Shown here: positions 38,750 through 51,585 of the stretch, in pieces
Position numbering within the stretch: the stretch's first letter is position 1
Layout: each line of letters starts with the position of its first letter
Assembly: GCA_050084985.1 (NCBI GenBank)
Contig: JBITNC010000001.1
Coordinates: 52,948,001-53,012,000, forward strand
DNA length: 64,000 nucleotides
Reading direction: 5' to 3'
From: Nageia nagi
Lineage: Eukaryota; Plantae; Pinophyta
The notes under the pieces: generated by a model
Told to the model about the DNA's origin: nothing
The model's database searches: none
The model's input: the letters and a program-made list of their open reading frames with translations, nothing else
Program-made: the position numbers and the translations under genes

Positions 38750-40730
38750 CTTCGTGGGATTGATGTTATATTCCCCCACAACATGTAAATTCCTTTTAGT
38801 ATTTGTGATACAATTTAGTGGTGTTTTTAGTGATAGTCCATTGCACTTATCTCTTGGTTTGTAACAGCCCATGAAGCTTGATTCCAACATCTCCTTCATG
38901 GCTCTATATATTGGACTAAGAATTGTCAATGAATCAGATTGTCTTGTGCTCAATTTGTCTTAGTAGCAGGACTTGTGCCCCTAGTTGGTATAGTTGGCCA
39001 ATCACCTTTGTTCATTAGTTTTATTTCACCCTCTAATATCCTAACTTCTATAATTTTTGCTGGCGCTATAGCTTGGTTGAAAGTCTTATGTTGTTAGATT
39101 TGTAGGGTGGAGGCAATCTGTTTCCCGCAAATATGAGAAAACATCTTAACCAGTTCAATGTTCGAAAGGGTGAATGGCAGATCGTTTGTGACTATTCTCC
39201 ATCAAGAAATATAATCATGAATGGCTCGTCTTCTTATTATTTCAAGGTGTATAAATCAGTGAGCAAACTCTTCCTTCTAATGTTTATGGAGTAATGTTCT
39301 ACGAAAAGCTCAACCAATTGTTTAGAGGTATGGATGCTATAATGGGATAGGTTGTTAAACCAGTCTACAGCTTCTTCCCACCACCCCACTGATATAGGAA
39401 AAGTAAGGAGTAGGCGGGGTTCATCAGTGGGAATGAGGTGACACAAACTTTTAAAAGTTTGTAAATGTTCCATAGGGTCTTCTTTGCCCCTTGAATTGTT
39501 CAAATTTAGGGATCTTGAACATGTATGGATAATCAAGTACAAGGACAGATGGATGAATAAGTTCCTTGCATATTTGGTCGTACAAGGGTTTGTTGTACCC
39601 CATTCATTCAAACTCCAGGCTTTTGAGCTTTTGAAGGATCGCAGGATCTATCTCAGCATAGGTTGGTTTCGGGGAATGGATGGGAGGTGCATGTTGGGGA
39701 GTTGGTTGTGTTTGATAAGCACTTGGTGTTTGATACATTGGATAAAATTGATAAGTTGGTGGTGATTGACATCCTCCTTGAGTCTTTTGATGAACAGGTG
39801 GTGCTAAAGGAGGTTGAGGTTGACAGCCCACCTGTGTATGATAGATCAAGACTGATTGTGCAGGTGGTAAGGGTTGTGGTTTTTGTTGGTATTGATAGTG
39901 GGTATATGTTGGTGGTTGATGATAGGGTTAATATGAGAATTGTGGTGGAGGTGAAGGTACCGACAGTAAGGATTGATACTGATATATATTGGTGAGGGTT
40001 GTTCAAGCAATGGTTCGTGAAGAGGTGTATAAGAGTTTGCATGTTGTTGCGACAGTGATTATGTTTGAACCTTTGCTTGTGAATAGATAGTAGCATGATT
40101 TGGAGGAATTGTTCTAGAAGAAGAATGATGATGAGATTATCGTAGCCAGGATGTTGGAAGAAGGTGACATGTGGGAAGGAAATGGTGTTGTCATATGTGA
40201 TGTGCTAGACCACGGAGCTAGCAGGAATACTTCAAACGAAGGAACAAGTGTAGAGGGAGTATAAGATGGATCATGCCCTAAGGCAGTGGAGATGGGAGGA
40301 TCAAAAGGGGTTTGGAATGTCCATGCCCCTGGAAGATTGGGTTGGCGAACGGGGACGTGATATTCAGGTGAGCCTGACTATGCTGTGCCCGGGTAGCAGA
40401 AACAATGAAGGAATGTGGATGAGAAGATGATAACGAAATGTGAGAAAGGTCCTCACGAGGTTTGGGCGAAGAATAGGGCCTTTATTCTTGTGGTGTAAGA
40501 TACGTATTTGAAAAGGGGTGACGTAAAGTGTAAACTATGTGCTCCCTCTGATAGATCAACGTCATCAGACTCCTCAAGATGGTCACCATTCTGCAGTTGG
40601 GTCTCAATGCGCAATAAGGGGATGATGGTGGCGGTATGGGGGGAAATCAATAGTGCGAGAGATGGGTGGAAGCTCTTGGTTGACATAACCAAGAGGATCC
40701 ATGATGTCTATAGCGTAAAACTGGTGTATA
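38750..40730 (-). pseudogene. Decayed Tat/Ogre-type gypsy gag with a Pro/Gln/Tyr-rich N-terminal region
   Basis: GKEDPMEHLQTFKSLC..LLLTFPIS..EAVDWFNNL..SIHTSKQLVELFVEHYSIN (ORF 39237-39611). Low-complexity QPQPP/YQ sequence upstream; ~40730-42300 is probably its non-coding leader. Confidence 0.82.
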
Positions 40731-42384
40731 AACAGTGAGATGTAATGAAAGTGCTAAAGCGGAAGATAAATCAAAGATGAAACTTGCCTTTTCAATGAAA
40801 TAAAGTTAAACACACAACTAAAAGATTCTGTGCAAAACAGAGAACAAACAGAAATAGAAAACAAATATAAAGTGGTGTTGCTGATCAACAGAATCTGTGC
40901 AGGTCTGGAACTGACGTCTGTCTTAATGGAAAAGTTGTTCGTACATTATGTAGACCAAGAAGGCGTCCATACGATCTGAAGATCGTCATAATTTTGGGAA
41001 TCTGAGAGTTGCAGAACCTCTGTAAAAAGCCTGATTATCTTCTGTTTCTGAGTTTTACTGTAAATTTCTGCTTCTGTGTTTGATTTTGTTCACTTTTGGC
41101 TAATCACTATAAAACAAGGATGATAGTGTTGCTTGTGATTTTGTGATTTCGTTTTCTGTGTTTTCTACTCTCTAAAAACTAAGGGTACGATTGACTGAGT
41201 GACACTACTAGAAGATATCTATGGTGGTGAGTGGCTTTAGGTGACTCAGTTCCCCTGATGTTACTGAACATCAAGAGTGATACTGGGCATGTAAGAAAGG
41301 CTAACTATCAATGAGTTGACACATGCAATGCTTCCACATCACCGCACGCTAGCTATCAGTATTCGACTCTTACTTTGTAGGACAACGTTTTGGGATATTA
41401 TTTGGCTAAATAAAGGGGCAATCAACTTGGTTGGGGCATTAAATCCAACTCAACTGATTGATACCTAATGGTTGGTGATGAAATCCAACGTCACTAAGCT
41501 TTTTTAATATGTGCGACGATAAAAGTGAGTAAGCTACTTTGCTTTTCATTTTTGTTTTTGATGTTATAATCTATAAAACAATAAATGCCAAACTAAATAA
41601 AAGCCTAATCTTACTAATGCACATACAAGTCTATCCTAGGATGGAAGAATTCTTTAAGCTTACTAATGCAACCTAGAGAATTTGATAAAGAAGACAAGTG
41701 ACTAAATGCTCTTTCCGTTATCTTATTGAAGGCAAGCCACACAAACTAAATGAAAACTTCTAGGTATGATGATTTTAAGCAAACAACTAATGACACTTCC
41801 CTAAGGTCTTGCGCTTGTTGTATTCTCGCTCAGATTTCTGGGAAGTGTTGAAAGTTGATGTTTACAGTCTCACAGAAGGTCGTTCGGACATTCTGTATCT
41901 GTGTAGGTCGTTGCAACAACTTGGAGACAGGTTGGAGACTGTAAAAGTATGAACTGGACTAGTCTGTGTACTGGTGTTGATAGGCTCCTGTAGCATTAAT
42001 CAGCAAGTTAATGTTCTGAGAGAATAATATTACATGCAAAATGAAACATAAAAGGGTGATATCAACAACTTAATATAAATACTTACTAAGAACGAAATAC
42101 AAGTTGAAAAACTTAATAAAATAACTAAAGGAAAATTTAAAGAACTATAAAACAGTAAATTATTGTTGTTGCTTGATTGTTTTGATTATTGATATGTCGA
42201 TTGTTAGATTGGAAACACAAGTAAGACACTTAAGTCATATGAAAGGTTCTATATATGAAAAACTAGAAAAGAGACTAAGGTGTTTATTTGGCATATTGTG
42301 AAGTGTTCCAATGAATAATACAACATTATGGTTGAATAAATCTTCACTTGCAAACAATTAAGCAATAATATAAGCCAAACAGAA

Positions 42385-43032
42385 TTTAGTTCATATACCA
42401 GGCTAGATATGTGCTATGTTGTTAGCTATAATTCTAGGTTTATGCATGATCCTAAAAAAGCACATTGGACATCGGCTAAGCATGTGTTTAGATACATCTG
42501 TGGTACTAATAGATATGGCCTGAAGTACAACAATCATGTTAAATTCTTTACTGGAGACACAGATGCAAATTATGGAGGATCCTTCGATGATAGAAGATCA
42601 ACAATTAAATATGTGTTCTTCCTTGGATCTAGACCGATTTCTTGGGGTAGCAAGAAACAAAATATCACATCAAAATCTACCAGAAAGTGGAAGTACCATG
42701 CTACTGCAAATGATGTTTGGGAGTTGGTATGGTTATATCGCATTTTGGCAAATATTGGAATATCCTAGAGTCAACCTACCATTCTGCACTACGACAATCA
42801 GAGTGTACTGAAAATGTTTCGCAATCCTCTTTTTCATGCGCACAAAACATATTGAGATACAAGGGCACTTCATTCACGATCATGTTTCACTACACAACAT
42901 TCAACTTCATTACATTTCCACAAAAAACCAAGTTGCAGATGTTTTCACTGAATCTCTTGATTGTGGAAAGTTTGAATACTTTCGACATTTCCTCTCATGT
43001 TCTTTGAAGACCTAATGTATTATGGAGGGGTA
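42385..43032 (+). pseudogene. Decayed copia RT end and RNase H with PPT
   Basis: KHVFRYICGT..TDANYGGSFDDRRST..PISWGSKKQ; YDNQSVLKMFRNPLFH; VADVFT. A purine tract ATGGAGGGG is followed by TGTTAG at 43033. Confidence 0.9.
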
Positions 43033-43818
43033 TGTTAGGACAATAATATATTAAAGACAAATTATATGTTAGAATATTATAGAATAGTAGTTAATTATAT
43101 AAGTGTGTTATTTTTAGTGCATAAGGTCACTTCCTCTCAAGCACAGCTCCCACCCCTGCGTGACGCCACCTCCCTCCCTTGCACATGCTCTTGTGAGCCC
43201 CACGATCCATCCTTACACACCTTCGCAGACCTCGTAATCCATTCCTGCATGCCCCAGTGGGCCTCTCGATACCTCCCCGAATGACCCCAATGGGCCCCCA
43301 CAATCCATTCCTACATGCCCCAATGCGAAACAACCCTTTCCTCTTATATTTATACCACGAAATTATGTTTTTGCAAACCCTAGTCGGCCATATTGAGGAG
43401 AAGTTCAATATGAGTCGTCCGGGTGGGTGACCTAGGGATTTGTGTGGCCTTGGAATTCGGAATTTCGAGCTTGGTGCCAGACGTGGAGGAGAGAAGACAC
43501 TTCCAAGGTAGGTGCATGCCCAAAAAAGACAAGATTTTGTCTTTTAGGATCATGTGCTCAACTTGGAGGGTCTTGTCCTTTGCATGCATGCCATCTTGAC
43601 CCTTCAACTTGTCCACTTTGACCTTGCATCATTCGGATTTGTCTTTTCTAGTGCTCGGGGTTGCCAAATTTCCACTTTGAACCTCTCCAAGACTCCTCAT
43701 AGGCCAGGCGCATGCTCCCAAAAGACAAGATTTTGTCTTTTCGAAGCATGCATCCAACTCTCCAATCCAATCATGCCAACTTGAGTGCATGTGATTTTGT
43801 CTTTTTGAGGTATGCGCT

Positions 43819-44326
43819 TGTTAGAATTTGTAATGAAATATTGTGAATATCTAGACTCCTTGTAAATTCAATTAATCACTTAAGGGTATGTAGATACCTT
43901 AAATGATTAATAGAATTCTTTAATGTATAGACTTTGACTTTACCAAAGGAGTTAGTTGGTAGGTTGAAGTTTGGTGGTACATTTAATGTAACCCTAACCT
44001 TACCCTTGGGTTAAAGGAAGGTTAGGGAGGTGCTCTCAACCTATAAATAGAGGGCCTCTCCTCATGTAAACATATCTAAGTTTTGAGTAAGATTACTCTA
44101 CTTGGTTGTGTAGGAGAGAGCTAGAGAATAGTTGTAAGAGAGACATAGATTTGAGAATAAGAGGACTAGTTGTGGATGTACTCCCAAGGAGGGAGGAACC
44201 ACATTATATTGGTGTCATATTGTGTGAATGATGTTCTTAGAATTATAGATGTGTTATCTTGTGTACACTTGAGTTTCCTAGTCTAAGGTCCTAGAGGATT
44301 TGTTTAGATCTAGTTCAAATCCTTCA
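43819..44326 (+). repeat. 5' LTR (508 bp) with TATA box at 44042-44049
   Basis: tgttagaatttg...aatccttca; contains ctataaatag. Confidence 0.98.
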
Positions 44327-44328
44327 AT

Positions 44329-44346
44329 TGGTATCAGAGCAAGGTT
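44329..44346 (+). promoter_or_regulatory. tRNA-iMet primer binding site
   Basis: TGGTATCAGAGCAAGGTT, 2 nt after the LTR. Confidence 0.97.
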
Positions 44347-45079
44347 GAGGAAGCTCTTTTGGTGTGGAAGCTACATCTTGGAAGTGCTTCATCCTTCTCA
44401 ACTTTGGAGATCTTCATTCTTCATTGTGAGGTAAAAGGTTTGCAAAGGTATAACCTTCTATCCTTCTTTAACAAAGTTCATTATGATACTAATCTTTTGT
44501 ATGATTATGCTAGCTCAATGTCTTAGTAATACCATAATATATTTTTGCTATTCTCTTCTTACTAACAAATTTTTATGTTAGTAATCTATTTTTAATGTAC
44601 AAAGAAAATTTTTTTCTTTTGAGCAAAAATATATTATGCTAACATCTTGTTGAAAAGATTGTTTGCAAAGTCTTTTGTGAACAATATCAAAAAAAAGGGA
44701 GGAAGGTGCAATTTTTTTTTACATATTTTATTGTTGAAATAAAGAGGAGGACAATTTTAAGGGGCACACTCCTATATTTAAAGGTTCAAATTATCTATAT
44801 CTATATATATATATATATTTTGATTTTGTTTAAAACATAATCACAATATATATATTTTATGTTTAATTTTGTTTACACTAATTAAAACAAAATTATATAT
44901 ATATATATATTTCTAATTTTGTTTTAACTTTGTTTAAAACAAATTATATATATATATTTTTAAATCTATTTAAAATAACAAAATATATGTATATTTTTAA
45001 ATTTTACATCTGTTTCAAATGTAATTAACAAAAATATATGTATATTTTTTATTATTTTCAAATCGTTTAAAATTAAATC

Positions 45080-45365
45080 AAACGGGGGTCAAATTTTTTA
45101 AAAACACGCGGGGGCATTCCCCCGCGCGCGCGCGCGGCCACCTCCCACGGCGCGGCCACCGCGCGGCCGCCTCCCATCCGCCGTTGCTCTCCTGCCCACG
45201 TCCCACACGAGGTCCTCCGCGCGCGCTCACCACCGCCCCCGCGCTGTGAGCGGCCACCTCCCACTCTGCGCCCACCGCGCGGCCCCTGGCGGCTCCGTCG
45301 CACCACGCTCCTCCCGTGCCTGCTCATGATCTGTAGGCTACTCCCGACGTGGCTTTCCTCGACAG
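45080..45365. other. CpG-rich island in the copia leader
   Basis: Abrupt switch from (AT)n-rich sequence to very high GC; (CG)7 at 45123-45136. Confidence 0.85.
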
Positions 45366-46284
45366 TTGCAGTTGGCGAACCAGATCATTTTCCTTTTTTT
45401 TTCACGTCGTCACAGCATGATCACCACAGGGAGATTTGGCACAGGGTTTCTACATACACGCCAGCCTCCTTCAAACCGGATTTCTGTCCCCTGTTGTAGT
45501 TGTGAATGCCATAACAGACATGCAATGATCGTAGCAAATGCACAAACCTGACTCTCTAACTAGCAGTCTTCTCCTCCCTCTCCTCCTAAGCTCCTCCTCT
45601 CTGGTCAGCCTCCTGCACAAGTCTCCCCTTCCTCTTTTCCCAACACCTCCCTTGGATGTCTTCTAAGCCTCCATATCGGTCATCCTCCTTCCCTGGTCAA
45701 GGTTGATGGCTACCACAACCTTGCAAGTCTTCCAAGTCACCTTAAATGCCTTAGTTTTGTTTTTTGACCACCTACATATTTTCCCTTCCAAAAAGCCACG
45801 TGTCTTTTTTGTGGAAAGAACAAGGGGGGGTCATATTTTACACCTACTAAGCATTTAATGATTATTGACTTAGGTATTTTTTTTAGTTCATAAGGTAGAC
45901 AAAGCCTTCCAAAGCATTTAAACATTGGGGTATGGGTCTCCTATTACAACTTGCACACATACTTCTTAGGCATTTAATTTTTTACAAGTCAATTGCTCCC
46001 ATTAAATGCACTTAGGAGTACTTAAAATAATTTCTTATTTTCTCCTCAAAATTAAATGCTTAATTCAATAAAGGTGCACATGCATAGTAATTTAGTCTAA
46101 AGTATGCTATTTTTTAAGTAACTAAGGGACTTTTTTTACTTAAAATACATCACTTCTAAGACAAGTCTTAGCATACAAGTTGGTTCTCTAGGGATAAAAC
46201 TTTAAGTAACAAAGGGGGGGCCTTGGTATAAATTTTTTACTTAAATTTTATCTAGATGCATGTATCTTATTTGAAGACTAAATC

Positions 46285-46515
46285 ATGCTTAGGACCTAAA
46301 TTTTTAATGCATGCTACATGCTTACTTAAATTTCAAGTCATGATAGAATGCATGTTATAAGTATGCTTAGGACTTAAATTTGTAATGCATGATGCATGCT
46401 TACTTAAATTTTAAGTCATGATAGAATGCATGTTATAAGTATGCTTAGGACTTAAATTTTTAATGCATGATGCATGCTTACTTAAATTTTTAAGTCATGA
46501 TACAATGCATGTTAT
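46285..46515. repeat. 3 x 78-bp tandem repeat in the copia leader
   Basis: atgcttaggac.taaatt starts at 46285, 46363 and 46441. Confidence 0.92.
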
Positions 46516-47264
46516 GAATTAAATACTAAGTAGGACTTAGTTCTTTATTTAATTCATTAAGTGCTTGAATAAAGTGAGAAAAATATGAACAATGTAAACG
46601 TCCTTTAGGGGTTAGAACAAAACCCATTGGACTCAATTTTTTTGGCCTCTTAAGGTTTCAAGTTCGTGTGGATGGAGTATTTTTCACCTTACTTTATATT
46701 TTTTGCACATTTGCTTATACTTGCAATATGCAAAAATGTGAAAAGTAACCCCTAAAATGAATACATCCGCACGTATTTTCCACAACATGACTTGTTTGGG
46801 GAGCCATGAGGTGAGGACAGGGCAGACTGGAGCCCTTTTAGTCCGAAGAACCGAGTGGTGGTAAGTCCGTCTTAATTGCCCCTAAGACCTCTGTTGGATT
46901 GGACATAACTCTATTAGGTGGACAGGCATGTGTGTAGTGATACCACATGTCTGCACGTCCATTCAGGGATTATCCTGATAACCTAGGAGGAAAACTGAAA
47001 CCCTTAATCAAGATAATTAAAATGGCCGGTCCAAGATACGTCAGATCCTTGGAAAATAGTAAGTACTTCTCCTTGTGAGAGTATATCACTGACCAAGGTG
47101 AACTGGTTGAGGACTGGTAGTACCTGGGCTCCACCTTGCGGGCATCCAGGTGAAGGCCTAATTCTATACAAGAAAACAACCCCAACTTTATCCTTCTATG
47201 GATCGTGGTTAATGAGTTTACACATGTGGGACATGTTTGCTTATTAAATGTTTTATATGTATAG

Positions 47265-50200
47265 ATGAAAATTGTAAAAGTTTACATTCTTATTGCATAT
47301 TTATTATTTTTTGTAGCAATGGTTGAAACCTTCGTTCCCAAGCACATACTCGATGGTTCCAACTTTGGAATATGGGAACCACGTATGAAAGCCGAGTTAC
47401 AAGCAAGAAAGCTATGGCAGACAGTTAGTGAAGATGCGGTTGCTCCTACCGATGAGAAGGCTCTTGAAGTATACAACTCAAAGAATGAGTTAGCAACTTC
47501 TATGATATACCGTGCAATTTCAGATGATGTCCTTCTCATGATTTCTTCATCAACTTCAGCAAAGGAAGCTTGGGATCAGTTAAAGAAAATCTACCTTGGG
47601 TCCAAATTTTCAAGGAGATTTACCATTCTACAAAAGTTGTTGCAGTATCGACAAAGTGAAGATGAAAGTGCCTCCATCTACTTAAACAAAATCATTGACC
47701 TCAGGACACAACTGGTTGGTTGTGGATGCAACTGGATCAATGATGAGTTCATGGTCTTCATCATTCTACAAAGCCTTACTTCAAAGTTCAGCAACTTTGT
47801 CACAGTTATGGAAACAAGGCTCGATGATGAAGAAGATGTCATCTCACTTGATAACCTTTCAAGACTTCTTCTAAAGCATGAGGAAACTTTGAACAAGAAA
47901 ATGTTGAACCTTTCTCCAAAGGACCATAGCATTGCTCTAGAAGCAACCAAAACTCCTTTCAAGAAAAAGTTCAAACATTACAAATTCAAAGACAACAAGT
48001 CCTCATCTACCTTCAGGAAGTATGACAAAAAGGGCAACAACAACAACAATCATGGCAACTACAGGCACAGGAATGATAAAGCAGGATCAAGCAATCCAAC
48101 ACCTCAAGAAAAGTTTGATGGGAATTGTAACTTCTGTGGCATCTTTGGGCACAAAGAGTATGATTGTCGCAAAAAGAAATTTGCTCAAAAAGGAAAGGGA
48201 AATGCAAATGTGAGAAATTTCAATAATAAAAAGAAGAACAAGCATGCTGCTTCTGTTGCCTACTACTCAATGACTCAAACTATTTCAAATGATTGGATTG
48301 TTGATACAGGATGCACTAATCACATGTGTTATGAAAAAGATAAGTTTGAAAATTTTCATAAGTACAAAAAGGATGCAGTTGTGATAGGTGATAATACAGT
48401 CCTTGATGTTCACGGAATAGGGAGTGTGAAGATTCATGGAAAGACTCTTGACAATGTATTTTATGTGCCTAAACTAAGGATGAATCTCATCTCCGTGATT
48501 CAAATTACAAGGAAAGGATGCTCATTTGAGTTTACCTCACACTCTTGGTGTGTTAAGAAAGGACTTGCCACTTTGATGAAAGGATCAGTAAAGAATGACC
48601 TTTATATTGTGGATCAAGTACCTTCAAAGATTTGTCTTGCTACAAATGTTTGTTCAAAAGGTAATCTTTGGCATCAACGATTAGGACACCTTAACCACAA
48701 GAGTATTCAAGCCATGAAAACTCAAGAACTTGTGGAAGGTTTACCTAATATTTCACCCACAGTTGGTCTTTGTGAAAGGTGCATTCTAGGAAAGATGCAT
48801 AGGCAAAAGTTTGAAAAAGATAAGGCAACTCGGGCTACTTGTCCTCTTCAACTTGTGCATTCAGATTTGATGGGTCCTTTTCAGACTAAGTCACTAGGTG
48901 GAGCTTCTTATGTTCTGACCTTCATTGATGACTTCAGTAGGATGACATTTGGTTATCTACTTGAGCACAAGGATCAAACTTTTGACAGGTTTCAAGACTT
49001 CAAGGCACTTGTTGAAAATCAAACTGATTTTAAGATCAAAATGCTGAGATCAGACAATGGGGGTGAATATAATAGCAATGAGTTTAACGACTTTTGTGTT
49101 AAACACGGGATTAAGCGACAATTCACAATCCCATACACCCCTCAGCAAAATGGAGTTGCTGAAAGGAAGAATCGCACCATTATGGAAATGGCAAGATGCA
49201 TGTTAGGTAACCTTCCTAGTTTCTTATGGGGCGAAGCTGTTCACACTGCTATTCACACCCTAAATAGGTGTCCTACTAAGGCAGTTGAAGGTAAAACTCC
49301 ATATGAAGCATGGACAGGAAAGAAACCTAACCTCTCACACTTCAGAATCTTCGGTTGTGATGCATTTGCCTTCATTACCTCAGAGAAAAGAAAGAAGCTC
49401 GATAAACGATCAGAAAAATGCATCTTTGTGGGGTATGATAATCAGCATAGAGGTTACAGGCTCTACTCTTCATCCCATAAAATAGTCTTTGTGTCTAGGG
49501 ATGTTAAGTTCAATGAACTTTCTGAGGATACAACCTCTCATGCTGAAGTATCTGATACAGATGATTCTTCGCCTGCACCTAACTGGTTGGATAATCATGT
49601 AGAGAAGTCACCACAAGAGCAAAATTCTCCAGCACAGAGAATTACAAGGAGTATGACCTTGAATAAATCCTTATTTGCCAAAATTGATAATATGCATGAA
49701 CCATCAACCTTCAAAGAAGCTTCCAAGCAAGAGTGTTGGATGGAAGCTATGAAAGTTGAGTATGAGGCTCTCATGAAAAATGAAACTTGGGATTTGGTTC
49801 CTTATCCCAATGAGAAAAATGTGATTGGCAATAAATGGATATACAAGGTCAAGTACAATTCTGATGGAAACATTGAAAAATACAAGGCAAGATTAGTGGC
49901 CAAAGGCTTCGCTCAGAAATATGGTATTGATTATGAGGAAACCTTTGCTCCTGTAGCCAAGATGCCTACTGTCAGAATAATTCTTGCTCTTTCTGCAGCT
50001 CAAGGATGGAAAGCTTTTCAACTTGATGTCAAAAGTACATTTCTCAATGGTGACTTAGATGTTGAAATCTACATGAATCAACCAGAAGGATTTATTCCAG
50101 AAGGAAAAGAGACTCTTGTGTGTAAGCTAAAGAAGTCTTTGTATGGACTTAAGCAAGCACCTAGAGCATGGTACAAGAAAATTTCAAGATTCTTTGCAGA

Positions 50201-51245
50201 TATTGGTTTTTCCAAGTGCTTCTCAGATTCAGATCTATATGTACTCAATCAAGGAAAAGACGTGGTCATCATTCTCCTTTATGTGGATGATCTTCTCATA
50301 ACAGGCAATAATATTGAAATCATCCAAGAGTGCATCTCCAAACTCAAGGCAACATTTGAAATGACTGATCTAGGTCTATTGCATTACTATCTTGGGATGC
50401 AAGTATACCACCACAAAGATTGTACTTATCTTAGTCAATCTAAGTATATATCAGACATCTTGCAAAAGTTTGGAATGGAGGAGTGTAAATATGCTGCAAT
50501 ACCTGTTTCTCCTGGAATTGTTGTATCACTGAGCTCAGATTCTCAGTTGGCTGATGCTACAGCTTATAGACAATTGATTGGTAGTCTTCTGTATCTGACT
50601 ATCTCTCGTCCTGATATTGCTTTTGCAGTGAATCTGATGGCACGATTCATGCAAAAACCATATGTTGAACACCTCAATGCTGTTAAGCAAATCTTGAGGT
50701 ATGTCGCAGGGACTAAGGATCTTGCTCTTAAGTATTCCCAAGTGCCCTCGATTGTTCTCTCAGGGTTCTCAGATTCTGATTATGGGGGAGATAGAGATGA
50801 CAGAAAATCAACCTCTGCATATGTGTTTAGCATTGGTTCAGGTGCTATCTCTTGGGCTTCCAAGAAGCAACCTACTGTGACTCTTTCTACCACCGAAGCC
50901 GAATATCAAGCCATGTCTGTTGCCACCCAAGAAGCTCTTTGGCTAAGACATCTTCTGAACGAAATTGGGTATAAGCAAAATGGCCCATCTCTTATTTCGT
51001 CAGATAATCAATCGGCTATCTATTTGGCTAAGAATCCTGTGTTCCATCAGTGAACCAAACATGTAGAAATCCAAGCTCATTTTATCAGGGAGAAGGTTCT
51101 AGATGACATCATACACTTGCAGTATTGTCCATCTACTGACAACTCTGCTGATTTGTTCACCACGCCCCTTCCTGAAGCTCAGTTCCGCAAGCTTAGGGAT
51201 TCTCTAGGGTTGGTGAAGTTGCCCTCAAGGGGGAGTGAAGTTTAA
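47265..51245 (+). pseudogene. Copia gag-pol polyprotein with one in-frame TGA at 51051-51053 (likely start ATG 47319)
   Basis: 1262-aa ORF: UBN2 gag, CNFCGIFGHKEYDC knuckle, WIVDTGCTNHM, WHQRLGH..CERC, LRSDNGGEY, PQQNGVAER, LLYVDDLL, FSDSDYGG. After the TGA the frame continues TKHVEIQAHFIREKV..ADLFTTPL..SRGSEV to TAA at 51243-51245. Confidence 0.97.
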
Positions 51246-51304
51246 ACTTTTGTTAGTGATGACAACTTCACCTCTAAGAGGCCTTTTTTGATTGTACATT
51301 CTAG

Positions 51305-51585
51305 ACCTCCGTGGTAAGTTTGCTCTGCGTGACAAACTTGTTATACAATTGTTGTTATAGAGTGTTGATTATTTTATACCTCAGTGGTAAGTTTGCTCTG
51401 CGTGACAAACTTGTTGTACATTTTATACCTCCGTGGTGAGTTTGCTCTGCGTGAGAAACTTATTGTACAAATTTTGAGCATGTAATTTAATATACCTCCG
51501 TGGTAAGTTCGCTCTACGTAACGAACTTGTTGTACATTCTATACCTCCGTGGTGAGTTTGCTCTACGTGAGAAACTCGTTGTACA
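51305..51585 (+). repeat. Five ~43-bp stem-loop repeats in the 3' untranslated region
   Basis: acctc(c/a)gtggt(a/g)agtt(t/c)gctct(g/a)cgt...aact..tt(g/a)taca at 51305, 51378, 51427, 51494 and 51543. Confidence 0.92.

Noticed and set aside
39663-39995. Val-rich 110-aa ORF on the plus strand
   Set aside because: It is the antisense shadow of the low-complexity Pro/Gln gag region.
45073-45327. Arg/Gly-rich antisense ORFs
   Set aside because: Expected by-product of the GC island, which has few stop codons; no domain recognised.
51051-51053. Programmed stop-codon readthrough
   Set aside because: The stop replaces a conserved Arg inside RNase H; a CGA>TGA mutation is simpler, and the context is not a CARYYA readthrough signal.
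51305-51585. CRISPR interpretation of the 3'UTR repeats
   Set aside because: Gaps are only ~6-30 bp, and the array lies inside a copia 3'UTR.
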